A stretch of DNA of 62,402 nt from a candidate division WOR-3 bacterium. GTDB lineage: Bacteria > Hydrothermota > Tepidihabitantia > SM23-42 > CAYGYG01. Positions 8,438-17,879 of the stretch are shown one piece after another. The position numbers and the translations under genes are program-made. The stretch's first letter is position 1, and each line of letters begins with the position of its first letter. The notes below the pieces were generated by a model that ran no database searches, was not told the origin of the DNA, and saw only the letters and a program-made list of their open reading frames with translations. The stretch is taken from positions 1-62,402 of the forward strand of contig CBFGIV010000009.1 in assembly GCA_965648915.1 (NCBI GenBank), given 5' to 3'.

Positions 8438-11224
8438 TTACCAGTCCCTTAAAAACTGATTGGCCAGTTCCTTAAAAGTCATCTGCCGGACCTTTTCCAG
8501 AAGAAGATTTGCCTCAGCTTCGGGGATCCGGCCTTTGAGACCCGAAAATAATCTCTCAGCCCGCTCTTTATCTAATTTGGTCTCAAAGGTGAACCTCAAC
8601 GAAACAGCCACCGATTCAAACGCCTTAATATCTTCACCTTTTTTGCTAAAAAATTCGGCGATATTCAGTAACACATCACTTACTAAAAAATCTAAGCCTG
8701 CCTCTAATACCAATTTGATTGCCTTTTTCAAACATTCCCTACATTTGTCTTCTTCACCTAAGTGGAGATAGACCCGACCTAAATTATTGAGGGCTATTGT
8801 CATGCCCCGCCGGTCACCAAGTTCTTTTCTTATATCGAAGCACTCAAGATAAAAATCTCTGGCTTTATCATAATCTTCCATTTCCTGTGCGATGTCAGCC
8901 ATCGTCTGAAGCGTAACCGCGGTATTAAACCGATCACCATAATTTTTAAATATCTCCAGAACTTCATCCATCAGTCTCTGGGCCTCGCTATATTCTTTAT
9001 TAAGAATTTTAACAATACTTAGATTCCCCATCGCATAGGCGGCACCTATTTCGCAATTGAGGTTCTTAAAAATATCGAGACTCTCCTTTAAGAGCGCCTC
9101 GGCTTTCTTATAGTCCCCGATCTGGCTTGCCAGGCTACCCAAATGATTAATCGCATAGCCAATCTCATATCGATTATTGAGCCTCTTCCAGACGCTCAAA
9201 CATTCTTCATAGGCCTTTCCTGCTTCTGTCCATTCTCCTTTGATGATATGCATATGACCATTCAGTTTATAGAAATCGGCAATGCCCGATTGATAGTTGC
9301 TTTCCTTGAATATTATAACCGCCTCTTCAACAAATTGCTGGGCTTTATCATACTGTGCCAGTCGAAAATTAAAAAATGCTCTTTTCAGCAAAATCCGTCC
9401 CAGGACATTATTCCTGATAGTGGAAAATTGCTCAGTTGCCCGGGCAAAAGATTTTTCTCCTTCAGCCGACCAGCCAAGATTAACATAGTACTCATAAAAT
9501 CCATCAATCATCTCACCAATCAATTCTTCATGCCGATTCTCTACTATCCAGTCCCAGGTTGCCCGGACATTGTTGATCTCTTCGCCGATTTCTTTAAAGA
9601 AAGTTTTCGGTTCGGTCAAAAAGTACTGGGCATATACCTGATCAACAAACTCGGCATAATAACGGGCATAGACCTCCTCGACCGCTTTTCGTTCCCGGTG
9701 AATTTCATCGAGTTTGGCTCGACTATACTGCCGCAGTATCTCTGGCATCTCGTATCTTCCACTTAATTTCCTCTTCAATAATGATTTGTCAACAAATGAA
9801 GTAAGCAATTCCAGACTGGTTCCGGCGACTCTTTCTGCACCGGTGCGTGTAAAGCCCCCGCGAAAGATCGAAAGTCTTCTATATATCCTCCGTTCCTCCT
9901 CTGACAACAAACTCCAGGAAGATTCAAACACTGCTCTCAGACTCCGATGGCGCTCAGGCACATCCCGGCATCTGGTTGTCAGAAAATCGAGGCCCCGCTC
10001 AATCTCCTGAACTATCTCCAGGCAGGAGAGGGTTTTGGTCCACGAGGCGGCAAGTTCAATACCAAGTGGTGACCCCTGAACAAGCCGGCAGATTTTAACG
10101 ATGTTTGACTTTTCATCTTCCGCGGGAATGAATGAAGGATTTGTGCGCTGGGCACTCTGGATAAACAACCGTACACTATCATAAACTTCAATACCTTTAT
10201 TCTCTTCAGGATAGGCAAGGCCATCAACATAAAAAATCCATTCACCCTGGAGGTTGAGCCGTTCTCGTGAAGTAACAAGGATTCTGATCCGTGGCGCATT
10301 CTGCAGGATCTCGACGAGGAGTGTTGCTGCCTCAAGGAAATTCTCAAAACCATCCATTATCAACAGCATCTCCTTTTCACGAAGAAAATTCATAATCTGA
10401 TCCTTGATCTCCTCGTTACTGTAAAATGTAAATTTCAAGATTTCGGCAATCGACAGGATCAGGAAATTTACCGAACCTAATGGTGCAAGGGGTATATAAT
10501 ATACACCATTCTTAAAATCCTCAATACATTCAGCCCCGGCCTGTAAGGCAAGACGTGTCTTACCAATGCCACCCGGTCCGATCAAAGTCAGAATATGACA
10601 CTCCTGCCGGCGAATTGTTGCAATAATCTCTTTAACCTCTTTCTCCCGGCCGATAAAAGGGGTTGATTGAACCGGTAGATTATGGATGTGAGCCGATAGA
10701 GAACGGAGCGGGGGGAAATCTTTGATTGTTAGATCCGGGTGAATAAGTCCATATAAAACCTGGGGCTCAGTGAGATCCTTTAACAGATGGCTACCCAGTT
10801 CCTGCAGGACTGCACCAGCAGGGAGGTGAGTCGCCATCCTCACTTCCGGGGTTAAAATAATCTGACCACCCCAGCCTGCACTGAGAATGCGTGCGGTCCG
10901 GTTAATCACCGGGCCAAAATAGTCGTCGCCCCGCTTTTCGGCCGCACCGGCATTCAAAGCAATCCTTACCCTCAGATCACCAACCTGTCGCCAGTCCTGC
11001 TTTTCGATCTCCTTTTGAATAGCAATTGCACATTGTAAAGGCTCGCCTCTTTCAAAAATAGCAAAAAAACCATCGCCGGTATGCTTAATAACCTTACCCC
11101 CGTATTCACCAATCAATCGACCAATTATCTCATCATGAAGGGCCAGTGCCCTGCTCATCTCAACACGGTGCTTCTCCCACTTGGTCGTTGAACCTTCGAT
11201 ATCGGTAAAGAGAAAGACCGACAT
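8438..11224 (-). CDS. Class III nucleotide cyclase + STAND (NB-ARC-like) ATPase + TPR protein
   Basis: FLFTDIEGST, KHTGDGF, DYFGPVINRTARI; HNLP, FIGRE, GPGGIGKT, VTSRE, GSPLGIELAA; C-terminal TPRs. Confidence 0.85.
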   Translation of the reverse strand: MSVFLFTDIEGSTTKWEKHRVEMSRALALHDEIIGRLIGEYGGKVIKHTGDGFFAIFERGEPLQCAIAIQKEIEKQDWRQVGDLRVRIALNAGAAEKRGDDYFGPVINRTARILSAGWGGQIILTPEVRMATHLPAGAVLQELGSHLLKDLTEPQVLYGLIHPDLTIKDFPPLRSLSAHIHNLPVQSTPFIGREKEVKEIIATIRRQECHILTLIGPGGIGKTRLALQAGAECIEDFKNGVYYIPLAPLGSVNFLILSIAEILKFTFYSNEEIKDQIMNFLREKEMLLIMDGFENFLEAATLLVEILQNAPRIRILVTSRERLNLQGEWIFYVDGLAYPEENKGIEVYDSVRLFIQSAQRTNPSFIPAEDEKSNIVKICRLVQGSPLGIELAASWTKTLSCLEIVQEIERGLDFLTTRCRDVPERHRSLRAVFESSWSLLSEEERRIYRRLSIFRGGFTRTGAERVAGTSLELLTSFVDKSLLKRKLSGRYEMPEILRQYSRAKLDEIHRERKAVEEVYARYYAEFVDQVYAQYFLTEPKTFFKEIGEEINNVRATWDWIVENRHEELIGEMIDGFYEYYVNLGWSAEGEKSFARATEQFSTIRNNVLGRILLKRAFFNFRLAQYDKAQQFVEEAVIIFKESNYQSGIADFYKLNGHMHIIKGEWTEAGKAYEECLSVWKRLNNRYEIGYAINHLGSLASQIGDYKKAEALLKESLDIFKNLNCEIGAAYAMGNLSIVKILNKEYSEAQRLMDEVLEIFKNYGDRFNTAVTLQTMADIAQEMEDYDKARDFYLECFDIRKELGDRRGMTIALNNLGRVYLHLGEEDKCRECLKKAIKLVLEAGLDFLVSDVLLNIAEFFSKKGEDIKAFESVAVSLRFTFETKLDKERAERLFSGLKGRIPEAEANLLLEKVRQMTFKELANQFLRDW

Positions 11225-11235
11225 AATTCGGTAAT

Positions 11236-11400
11236 CTATATAAATCGATCAAACCACTCTTCGTCTGCTTTACAAATAGGGCAGATTTCCGGAAATGCAG
11301 ATTTCGGCTCTTCTTTATCGCGATAATCGCAAGGGCAGATAATATCAAAATCGTCCCCCTTGATACCGTTGGTCAATAAAGCGAAATTATTATTCAAAAT
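11236..11400 (-). pseudogene. Collapsed remnant resembling a ferredoxin:thioredoxin reductase catalytic domain plus rubredoxin-like tail
   Basis: Hand translation ...LTNGIKGDDFDIICPCDYRDKEEPKSAFPEICPICKADEEWFDRFI*; family match from recall. Confidence 0.5.
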
Positions 11401-11571
11401 CCTAATGCCTTTCGGATCTTCTCCGCATCATAACCAGATTCGGGAATTAACCCGCTGGATTCCATCTCCTCATTGCTTTGCATAAAGGATTATATTGCCT
11501 TGCTTCTTGCCGGTTATATGAATTTTGGCCATCGGTCTCATACACTCAGTTCGGCACTATCGATCTGATGG

Positions 11572-11745
11572 TTATTTCTTCTTTTTCTTCTCACACACCG
11601 GACAGAGCCGGGCCGACTTCCGTTTCAATCCCCCGCAGATCGGACATCTCTCAAGTTCAATCTTACAGGGTTTACAAAAAAGTTTATCACCATATACCGG
11701 TTTACAGCAGTAAGGGCAGATACATTGGCTCTTCTCGGCTTTCAT
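11572..11745 (-). CDS. 57-aa double zinc-ribbon-like small protein (absent from the ORF track)
   Basis: MKAEKSQCICPYCCKPVYGDKLFCKPCKIELERCPICGGLKRKSARLCPVCEKKKKK; ATGA overlap with the iscU stop; four CxxC. Confidence 0.75.
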   Translation of the reverse strand: MKAEKSQCICPYCCKPVYGDKLFCKPCKIELERCPICGGLKRKSARLCPVCEKKKKK

Positions 11746-12119
11746 TTCTGACCTCTCTTTTTTGAGAGATAATCTTCTATTGCCTTGTGTAGAGCATCTG
11801 CCCCTAAATTTGAACAGTGCATCTTATTAGGCGGCAGACCGCCCAATTCTTTTGCAACCGAATCATTGGTAATCTTTAGCGCCTCTTCAATCGTTTTCCC
11901 TTTTGCCATCTCACTCACCATACTTGAGACTGCAATTGCCGCACCACAACCAAAGGTTTTGAACTTGACATCCTCAAGTCGCCCATCCTTGACCTTGATA
12001 TAGAAGGTCATCATATCACCACAGACTGGATTGCCCACTTCACCCACACCATCGGCATCGACAATCTCACCGACATTCCGTGGGTTCAAGAAATGTTCCA
12101 TAACTTTTTGACCATACAT
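11742..12119 (-). CDS. iscU: Fe-S cluster scaffold IscU/NifU-N
   Basis: HFLNPRNVG, GNPVCGD, FKTFGCGAAIA, LGGLPPNKMHCSNL. Confidence 0.95.
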   Translation of the reverse strand: MYGQKVMEHFLNPRNVGEIVDADGVGEVGNPVCGDMMTFYIKVKDGRLEDVKFKTFGCGAAIAVSSMVSEMAKGKTIEEALKITNDSVAKELGGLPPNKMHCSNLGADALHKAIEDYLSKKRGQK

Positions 12120-12191
12120 AAGAACTCTCCTTAAAATAACTCAATCCCAGATTCACAACTCAATTTTTAGACAGATTAAATATGCTTTAGT

Positions 12192-13673
12192 TTACCGTAT
12201 TCGTCTGATCCCGGGGAGTTTACCCTTTATCACTCTGGGATACTTGCCATATACTCCATGGTAGATCTGAGGGAATCTATCCTTACCACCGATTAAAAAA
12301 GAGGTCAGGGGCATAACCCTTTTAGCCTCAGCCACCATTGCCCCGACAATCTTTCTGATATCCCACTGGGCACTCATATCCTCACGCAGGCGGGAGATAT
12401 GATAGAGCTCCCTGAGATTGCAGGAAAAAAGCACCCGCCGGCGATGACTGTTGGTGAGGAGATATTGAGCAATCATCTCATTCTTTTCTTTTTTTATCTT
12501 CTTATAGACGGTTTCGGCTTTTCGGATAATATCATAGAATCGCTTTTCTTCACCCGCCCGTTTTACTGCCTCGGGGATTGTTACCCCGAGATCAGGGTCA
12601 TATAACTGGCTTGTTATTGTTGCAATTCGGTGCCGCTTCAATTGCGCAAAACAGGAAGCCGAGACAATCAATTCAAAAGTCAAACAGGCATATTCAAACT
12701 CCCGGGGAAGTGCATCATATAACTGTAAATTTTTCAGCCGCGCTTTAAGAAATTCCTGTCGCTCATGCCAGCCCATCTTCTTAACCCGGCTCAATGCAAC
12801 CTTGAAAGGCGCTTGAGAGGTCGAGTTCATCAAGGCCGCAATAATCATATCATCGCCATTCCTTGTATAATCAATTAGCGTCACACTCTTTGGGCACGAC
12901 CTCTCTTTCTCCCGGTAAATATTCTTTGGAAAAGTATCCTTTTCGTAGGCACCTGCCCGGTGGAAAATTATAATCGATGGCGCCACTTCTTTGATCTGCT
13001 GATAAATTTCAGTGCCAAGTTCCCGGACCTCGGCCAGAGGATGCGCGGAAAATCTCCTGAGCATCAATTCAAGGTTCCTTCCGTTTATCGTCATCCCGAG
13101 CTGGGTCTGGGTGGCAAGGGATAAGATATACCTTGCATCTTCTTTGACCCGGTTCTCAATGTTGCGTAATTGAGCCCTATCCAGATTTTTCCTTTTAAGA
13201 AGAGATAAATTTTTTTCTTTTAATCTTTCAAAAAGGTGCTTATATGTGCGATTCTGAAGTTCAATTAACTCAAGATAATCGTCAAGATATTTCGAATTTC
13301 GCAGTTCACGAGGTACAACATAATCACCTTTTAAGGTGACATATCTCTGGGACTTTTCCGTATAGGAATTGAGCCGGAACTTCTCAATCTCCTCCACAGC
13401 CAGACGAGAGACCCCGATGATATCAAGATTAAAGACTGCGTGTTCGGCTACTGAATGGTGGCCCATTTCAAAAATAATCGTCCGATTCGATTGTCGCGCC
13501 TTCACCACCTCTTTCCTTGCTATCTTTCGCAACTGGTCAACCGGCAATGGGCTCCGGCTGATCCGGGCATAGGCAGCTGAGATTGTCTCCGGGGTGACAT
13601 CGATCCTCTTCACCTTTGCCCGTTCGGCCAGGACTTCAGTATCAATATTAAAACCAGCCAGAAGGACCTTCAT
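12192..13673 (-). CDS. thyX: FAD-dependent thymidylate synthase, tandem-domain form
   Basis: GHHSVAEH, EKSQRYV, EDARYIL in the first half; QLKRHR, NLREL, AQWDIR in the second. Confidence 0.85.
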   Translation of the reverse strand: MKVLLAGFNIDTEVLAERAKVKRIDVTPETISAAYARISRSPLPVDQLRKIARKEVVKARQSNRTIIFEMGHHSVAEHAVFNLDIIGVSRLAVEEIEKFRLNSYTEKSQRYVTLKGDYVVPRELRNSKYLDDYLELIELQNRTYKHLFERLKEKNLSLLKRKNLDRAQLRNIENRVKEDARYILSLATQTQLGMTINGRNLELMLRRFSAHPLAEVRELGTEIYQQIKEVAPSIIIFHRAGAYEKDTFPKNIYREKERSCPKSVTLIDYTRNGDDMIIAALMNSTSQAPFKVALSRVKKMGWHERQEFLKARLKNLQLYDALPREFEYACLTFELIVSASCFAQLKRHRIATITSQLYDPDLGVTIPEAVKRAGEEKRFYDIIRKAETVYKKIKKEKNEMIAQYLLTNSHRRRVLFSCNLRELYHISRLREDMSAQWDIRKIVGAMVAEAKRVMPLTSFLIGGKDRFPQIYHGVYGKYPRVIKGKLPGIRRIR

Positions 13674-13684
13674 AAGGAACGAAG

Positions 13685-13712
13685 ATTTTACTGGCTATAG
13701 GAGAAAAGTCAA
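13685..13712 (-). promoter_or_regulatory. thyX promoter
   Basis: TTGACT-16-TAAAAT; ATG 11 nt downstream. Confidence 0.7.
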
Positions 13713-13730
13713 CAAAAATATATGGCCGTC

Positions 13731-14021
13731 TTAATCTTCATCAGTAATCTCTGAGGTGATCTGGTCTTTATATTTGAAGAGATATATGATCTTATTCCGC
13801 TTCTCATCGCGGAAGATGAAGTATTGCACCGGCGAGCCGACTAAAGGTTCAGTTGTCGAATTCTCGGCATATGTCCTGTCATTCAGTTGCTTAAGACAAT
13901 CCCGTCCACCATCCTTCGCAAAGAGCAACCCCTGATGGCCAGTTGAAAAGAAGAGAAGATATATATTAAGGATTACTGATATGGCCAGTAGCAATATAAG
14001 AAGATAGATTCTCTTATTCAT
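13731..14021 (-). CDS. Small hypothetical protein with N-terminal TM/signal segment
   Basis: GGAGG SD; basic N-terminus plus hydrophobic helix. Confidence 0.6.
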   Translation of the reverse strand: MNKRIYLLILLLAISVILNIYLLFFSTGHQGLLFAKDGGRDCLKQLNDRTYAENSTTEPLVGSPVQYFIFRDEKRNKIIYLFKYKDQITSEITDED

Positions 14022-14246
14022 AAAAAACCTCCATGCTCTATGCTTTTCTATCGCCTAAATTATGCTCCAACAATCGCAACAAGTCAATCAAATCTATAAG
14101 AAAGATAATCCTGTCAAGCAACTTCACTTTTTTCAAAAATGAGATGCAATAATTCAAAATACAACAAAAAATAACATCGAAATTCTATCGTGTTTATAAC
14201 TTCTGAAATATCAAAAGAAAAAAATATAAATTTATTAAAAAAATAC

Positions 14247-14288
14247 TTGACAAAACCAATTTTGGGGATAAAATGGGACAGAATGGGA
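14247..14288 (+). promoter_or_regulatory. dcw promoter with MraZ-type operator repeats
   Basis: TTGACA-16-TAAAAT; TGGG(G/A) repeats at 14263, 14274 and 14284 (10-11 bp period). Confidence 0.75.
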
Positions 14289-14774
14289 AAAAAACCTCGC
14301 TTTCGTGGATTTTTTGAACATACGCTCGACGATCGAAATCGACTCTCGATTCCGAGCCATTTTCGCCAGATCTTAATTACCCTCTCGAATGGCGAAGTGG
14401 TTATGACTCAGGGGCATGATCACAGTATTGAGGTCTATCCTTTGAATATCTGGGAAGAGTTCGAAGACCGGGAACTTTTTCCTCTCCCCTTTAATAAGAC
14501 CCAGGTACGCCGTTATCGGCGTTACTATACCTTCAGTATTAAAGAAGATAAGATAGATGGGCAGGGGAGATTGCTCATTCCGGATCGACTCCTCAATTTT
14601 GCCGGTATAAAAAAGGAGGTCATCATTACCGGAGAACTCGACCATTTTTCAATATGGTCGATCGAGAATTTTAAACTATTTCAGGAAGAGATCCAGAAAC
14701 ATTTTTTGAACGATGCTGAAGATATCCAGAATTTAAGGAGGCAAAATGAAATTGATGCAACTGGAAGAGAATAA
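14283..14774 (+). CDS. mraZ: Transcriptional regulator MraZ
   Basis: FRGFFEHTLDDRNRLSIPS and IDGQGRLLIP (two DxxGR-type repeats); start reassigned to ATG 14283. Confidence 0.95.
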   Translation: MGKKPRFRGFFEHTLDDRNRLSIPSHFRQILITLSNGEVVMTQGHDHSIEVYPLNIWEEFEDRELFPLPFNKTQVRRYRRYYTFSIKEDKIDGQGRLLIPDRLLNFAGIKKEVIITGELDHFSIWSIENFKLFQEEIQKHFLNDAEDIQNLRRQNEIDATGRE

Positions 14775-15087
14775 GGTTATTTTCTTATCTTTGAGTGGCG
14801 AAGTGGATGAAGAGGAGATAAAGACCATCGCGGCCCGGCTCCGTAAACTTCTTGAAGAAGGGCAGACCAATCTTGTTCTCGATCTGGCTAAAGTTACCCA
14901 TATGAATTATAAGGTCGTCGGTGAACTGATTGAATGGCAGAAACGGTATCAGGACTATGGTGGGGATATAAAATTGGTCAATGTCTCCTCCTACCTGTAC
15001 GATATCCTTCGACTCTATGGTTTCTATCCCTTTGAGATCTATCCTACGCGCCGTGCCGCTCTAAAAAGTTTTGCGCATCGTATTTAA
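14746..15087 (+). CDS. STAS domain protein
   Basis: LSGEVD, LVLDLAKVTHMN, GGDIKLVNVS; AGGAGG SD; overlaps the mraZ end. Confidence 0.85.
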   Translation: MKLMQLEENKVIFLSLSGEVDEEEIKTIAARLRKLLEEGQTNLVLDLAKVTHMNYKVVGELIEWQKRYQDYGGDIKLVNVSSYLYDILRLYGFYPFEIYPTRRAALKSFAHRI

Positions 15088-15125
15088 ACTGGCGGGGATA
15101 AGTCTTTTTAAATCGGGGACCGGTT

Positions 15126-15997
15126 ATGCCATTCCACATCCCGGTGATGGTCGAAGAGACCATTAAATATATTAACCCCCATAACAAAGGTATCTATCTC
15201 GATTGCACGGTTGGAGGAGGCGGCCATCTTAAAGCCCTGATCGAAAAAACAACAACCGCTCAATTTATCGGTATCGACTGCGACCCGGCCGCACTGCAAT
15301 CCTCGGCCGAAAACCTGCAACCGTATCGCGCAAGAGTCAAACTGGTCAAAGGCAACTTTATCCACCTTAAATCGATCCTGAAGAATCTCGATGTTGATAA
15401 AGTCGATGGGATAATTTTCGACTTAGGTGTATCTTATTATCAATTAACCAATCCGCAACGTGGATTTGGTTATGACATCGACGGTCGAATTGATATGCGT
15501 ATGGATCCGGAACTGAAACTCGATGGCCTGACTTTAATCCGCCAGAGTAACTTAGAAGAACTTACTTCTATCCTTTCCCGCTTTGGGGAGGTCCGCAACA
15601 GCCGATATATTGCCCGCGGGATATATCAAAATAGAAATCGAATTGAAACTACAACTGATCTCAGAAGGATTATCAGTCGGCTGGTGCCCGGAAAATACTT
15701 AAAAAAGACCCTCTCTCAGGTTTTTCAGGCATTCCGGATCGTGGTCAATAATGAACTGGAAAATCTCAAAATTGGCCTCACGGAAGCGAGTGGGGCCTTA
15801 AAAAAAAAGGACGTCTGGTCGTGATCTCATACCATTCGCTTGAAGATCGAATTGTAAAAAATTTTATGCGTGAGCAAGCCCATGCTAACAATATGCTAAT
15901 TTTAACCAAGAAATGCCTCCGTCCGCAAGATATTGAAATCATCCGTAATTCCCGGGCGCGCAGTGCCCGTTTCCGGGCTGCGGAGAGGATTAGATGA
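15126..15997 (+). CDS. rsmH: 16S rRNA m4C1402 methyltransferase RsmH, split by a -1 frameshift at an A9 run (15800-15808)
   Basis: HIPVM, DCTVGGGGH, DLGVS, DMRMD, FQAFRIVVNNEL; shifted frame continues GRLVVISYHSLEDRIVK...RARSARFRAAER to a TGA overlapping the ftsL ATG. Confidence 0.9.
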
Positions 15998-16245
15998 AAC
16001 TGCTGATTATTTTATCAATCATCCTCATACTCTTCTTATATGTATGGGGTGAGAGTCAGGCACTGAAGCTCATTAACGAAGTTAATAGATTAAAGATCGA
16101 ATATAATCGCCTCCTGGATCAAAAGCGGCAATCGATTGCGCTGGTCGAGTTATATTCAACATTGCCACGGATCGAGCAGAAGGCACTCGAGCTCGGAATG
16201 CACCCCGCCCGGGATGAAGAGATTATCGGATTGATCGAAAGATGA
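15994..16245 (+). CDS. ftsL: Cell division protein FtsL
   Basis: TM helix, coiled coil, RIEQKALELGM; located between rsmH and ftsI. Confidence 0.8.
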   Translation: MKLLIILSIILILFLYVWGESQALKLINEVNRLKIEYNRLLDQKRQSIALVELYSTLPRIEQKALELGMHPARDEEIIGLIER

Positions 16246-17879
16246 GACGAATCAGTTTAGTCAACCTCTTTTTAACAATTATCTGGTTAATAATCCTCGG
16301 CTTCCTCTTCTATGTCCAGGTGATCAAGTATCCCTACTATCGATCCCTGGCCTTAATCCAGCATAAGAAAAAGATCGAACTCCTGCCCAGGCGCGGCGAT
16401 CTCTATGATGCCTCAGGGCGGCTAATTGCTACCAGTATCCATTGTTATTCAGCCTATGTCCTACCAAGGTTTATCAAAAACCAGAAGAGAGCTGCTCAGC
16501 GTTTAGACCATGCCGGTTTCGGTTCCTATGACGAACTTATTAAAAAATTCCGTCAGAAAAATTTCTTCTGGCTCAAGCGCAAATTCGACACCCAGGAAAA
16601 AGAGACCCTGGAAAAATTGAATATCTTCGGCATCTTTATCGTCGACGATATGAAAAGAATCTACCCGGCTGATGAACTGTTTGCCGGTATGGTGGGAAAG
16701 GTCGACGCTGATAATCAGGGGATTGAAGGTTTAGAATATGAACTTAATGATTTTCTGAAAGGCGAAAAGGGATTCAGTATTTTTCAAAAGAAACCATCAG
16801 GCGACGGCTTCCCTTACCATCGGTATCCAAGCCAAGAATCCAAACCTGGTTCTGATGTTTATCTAACTATCGACCTCGACCTTCAGGAGATTCTCTACGA
16901 AGAGATCAAAAAACAGATTGAGGAGAGCAACGCCACTGCCGGTATGGGGCTTGCCTTAAATCCTCAAACCGGCGAGATCCTTGCCCTGATTAATAACCGA
17001 CCCGGACAGCCCTGGCGTAATATGGTAGTATGTGATGAGTTTGAGCCGGGCTCGACCTTCAAGATTGTCACTGCCCTGGCCGCTCTCGAAAAAGGCTGGA
17101 AGGAGACAGATATCATCGATGCCCGGGGAGGATATATTAAATATTGCGGGCATCGCATCGACGATTATCGGGACTATGGTATTATAAATTTTAAAGAGAC
17201 CTTCGGTTATTCAAGCAATGTCGGAGTAGTAAAGATTTCACAGACGCTTGACCGGGATCGATTCGGGTTACTGGCACGAAACTTAGGATTCGGGGAGAAG
17301 ACCGGTATCGAATTGCCCGGTGAAGCAAAAGGTAATATCCAGGTGAATAACCGAACCAGTAATATTCGATTCGCCAATATTTGTTTTGGGCAGGGAGTCA
17401 CAACAACTCTCCTCCAGCTCGCACAGGCCTATGCGGCCATTGCCAATGGTGGTAAATTATATAGGCCTTATATTATCAAAGAGATCAAAAAGGCAAACCA
17501 GACCGTGCATCGTAACGAACCTTTATTGGTCCGTCAGGCAGTCCCCCCTCAACACAGCCATCAGATAGTCTCAATTCTTGCGGGCGTCGTCACCTTCGGC
17601 AGTGGAAAGAAGGCAGCAGTGCAGGGGATTTCGATCGCTGGTAAGACCGGGACTGCCCAGAAGGTTATAAATGGTAATTACTCCCACGACAAAATTATTA
17701 CTTCTTTCATCGGATTCTTCCCGGCAGAAAATCCAAGCCTTCTAATTGCTGTCGCCCTCGATGAGCCCAAAAAAGGGAAATGGGCAAGCGATCTGTGTGC
17801 CCCAATCTTCAGTCGTGTCGTTAAACGAGTAATCAATCTACCAAAATATAATCAACAAATTTATGTTAAAAGATCTTAA
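16242..17879 (+). CDS. ftsI: Class B penicillin-binding protein FtsI
   Basis: RRGDLYD, EPGSTFK (SxxK), SSN, KTGT. Confidence 0.95.
   Translation: MRRISLVNLFLTIIWLIILGFLFYVQVIKYPYYRSLALIQHKKKIELLPRRGDLYDASGRLIATSIHCYSAYVLPRFIKNQKRAAQRLDHAGFGSYDELIKKFRQKNFFWLKRKFDTQEKETLEKLNIFGIFIVDDMKRIYPADELFAGMVGKVDADNQGIEGLEYELNDFLKGEKGFSIFQKKPSGDGFPYHRYPSQESKPGSDVYLTIDLDLQEILYEEIKKQIEESNATAGMGLALNPQTGEILALINNRPGQPWRNMVVCDEFEPGSTFKIVTALAALEKGWKETDIIDARGGYIKYCGHRIDDYRDYGIINFKETFGYSSNVGVVKISQTLDRDRFGLLARNLGFGEKTGIELPGEAKGNIQVNNRTSNIRFANICFGQGVTTTLLQLAQAYAAIANGGKLYRPYIIKEIKKANQTVHRNEPLLVRQAVPPQHSHQIVSILAGVVTFGSGKKAAVQGISIAGKTGTAQKVINGNYSHDKIITSFIGFFPAENPSLLIAVALDEPKKGKWASDLCAPIFSRVVKRVINLPKYNQQIYVKRS

Noticed and set aside
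11160..11348. 62-aa minus ORF and the plus ORFs at 11478-11765
   Set aside because: Alternative frames of the Cys-motif relic and the 57-aa microprotein
7793..14021. Integrated element at tRNA-fMet or tRNA-Leu
   Set aside because: No integrase and no duplicated tRNA 3' end seen; neighbours include housekeeping genes
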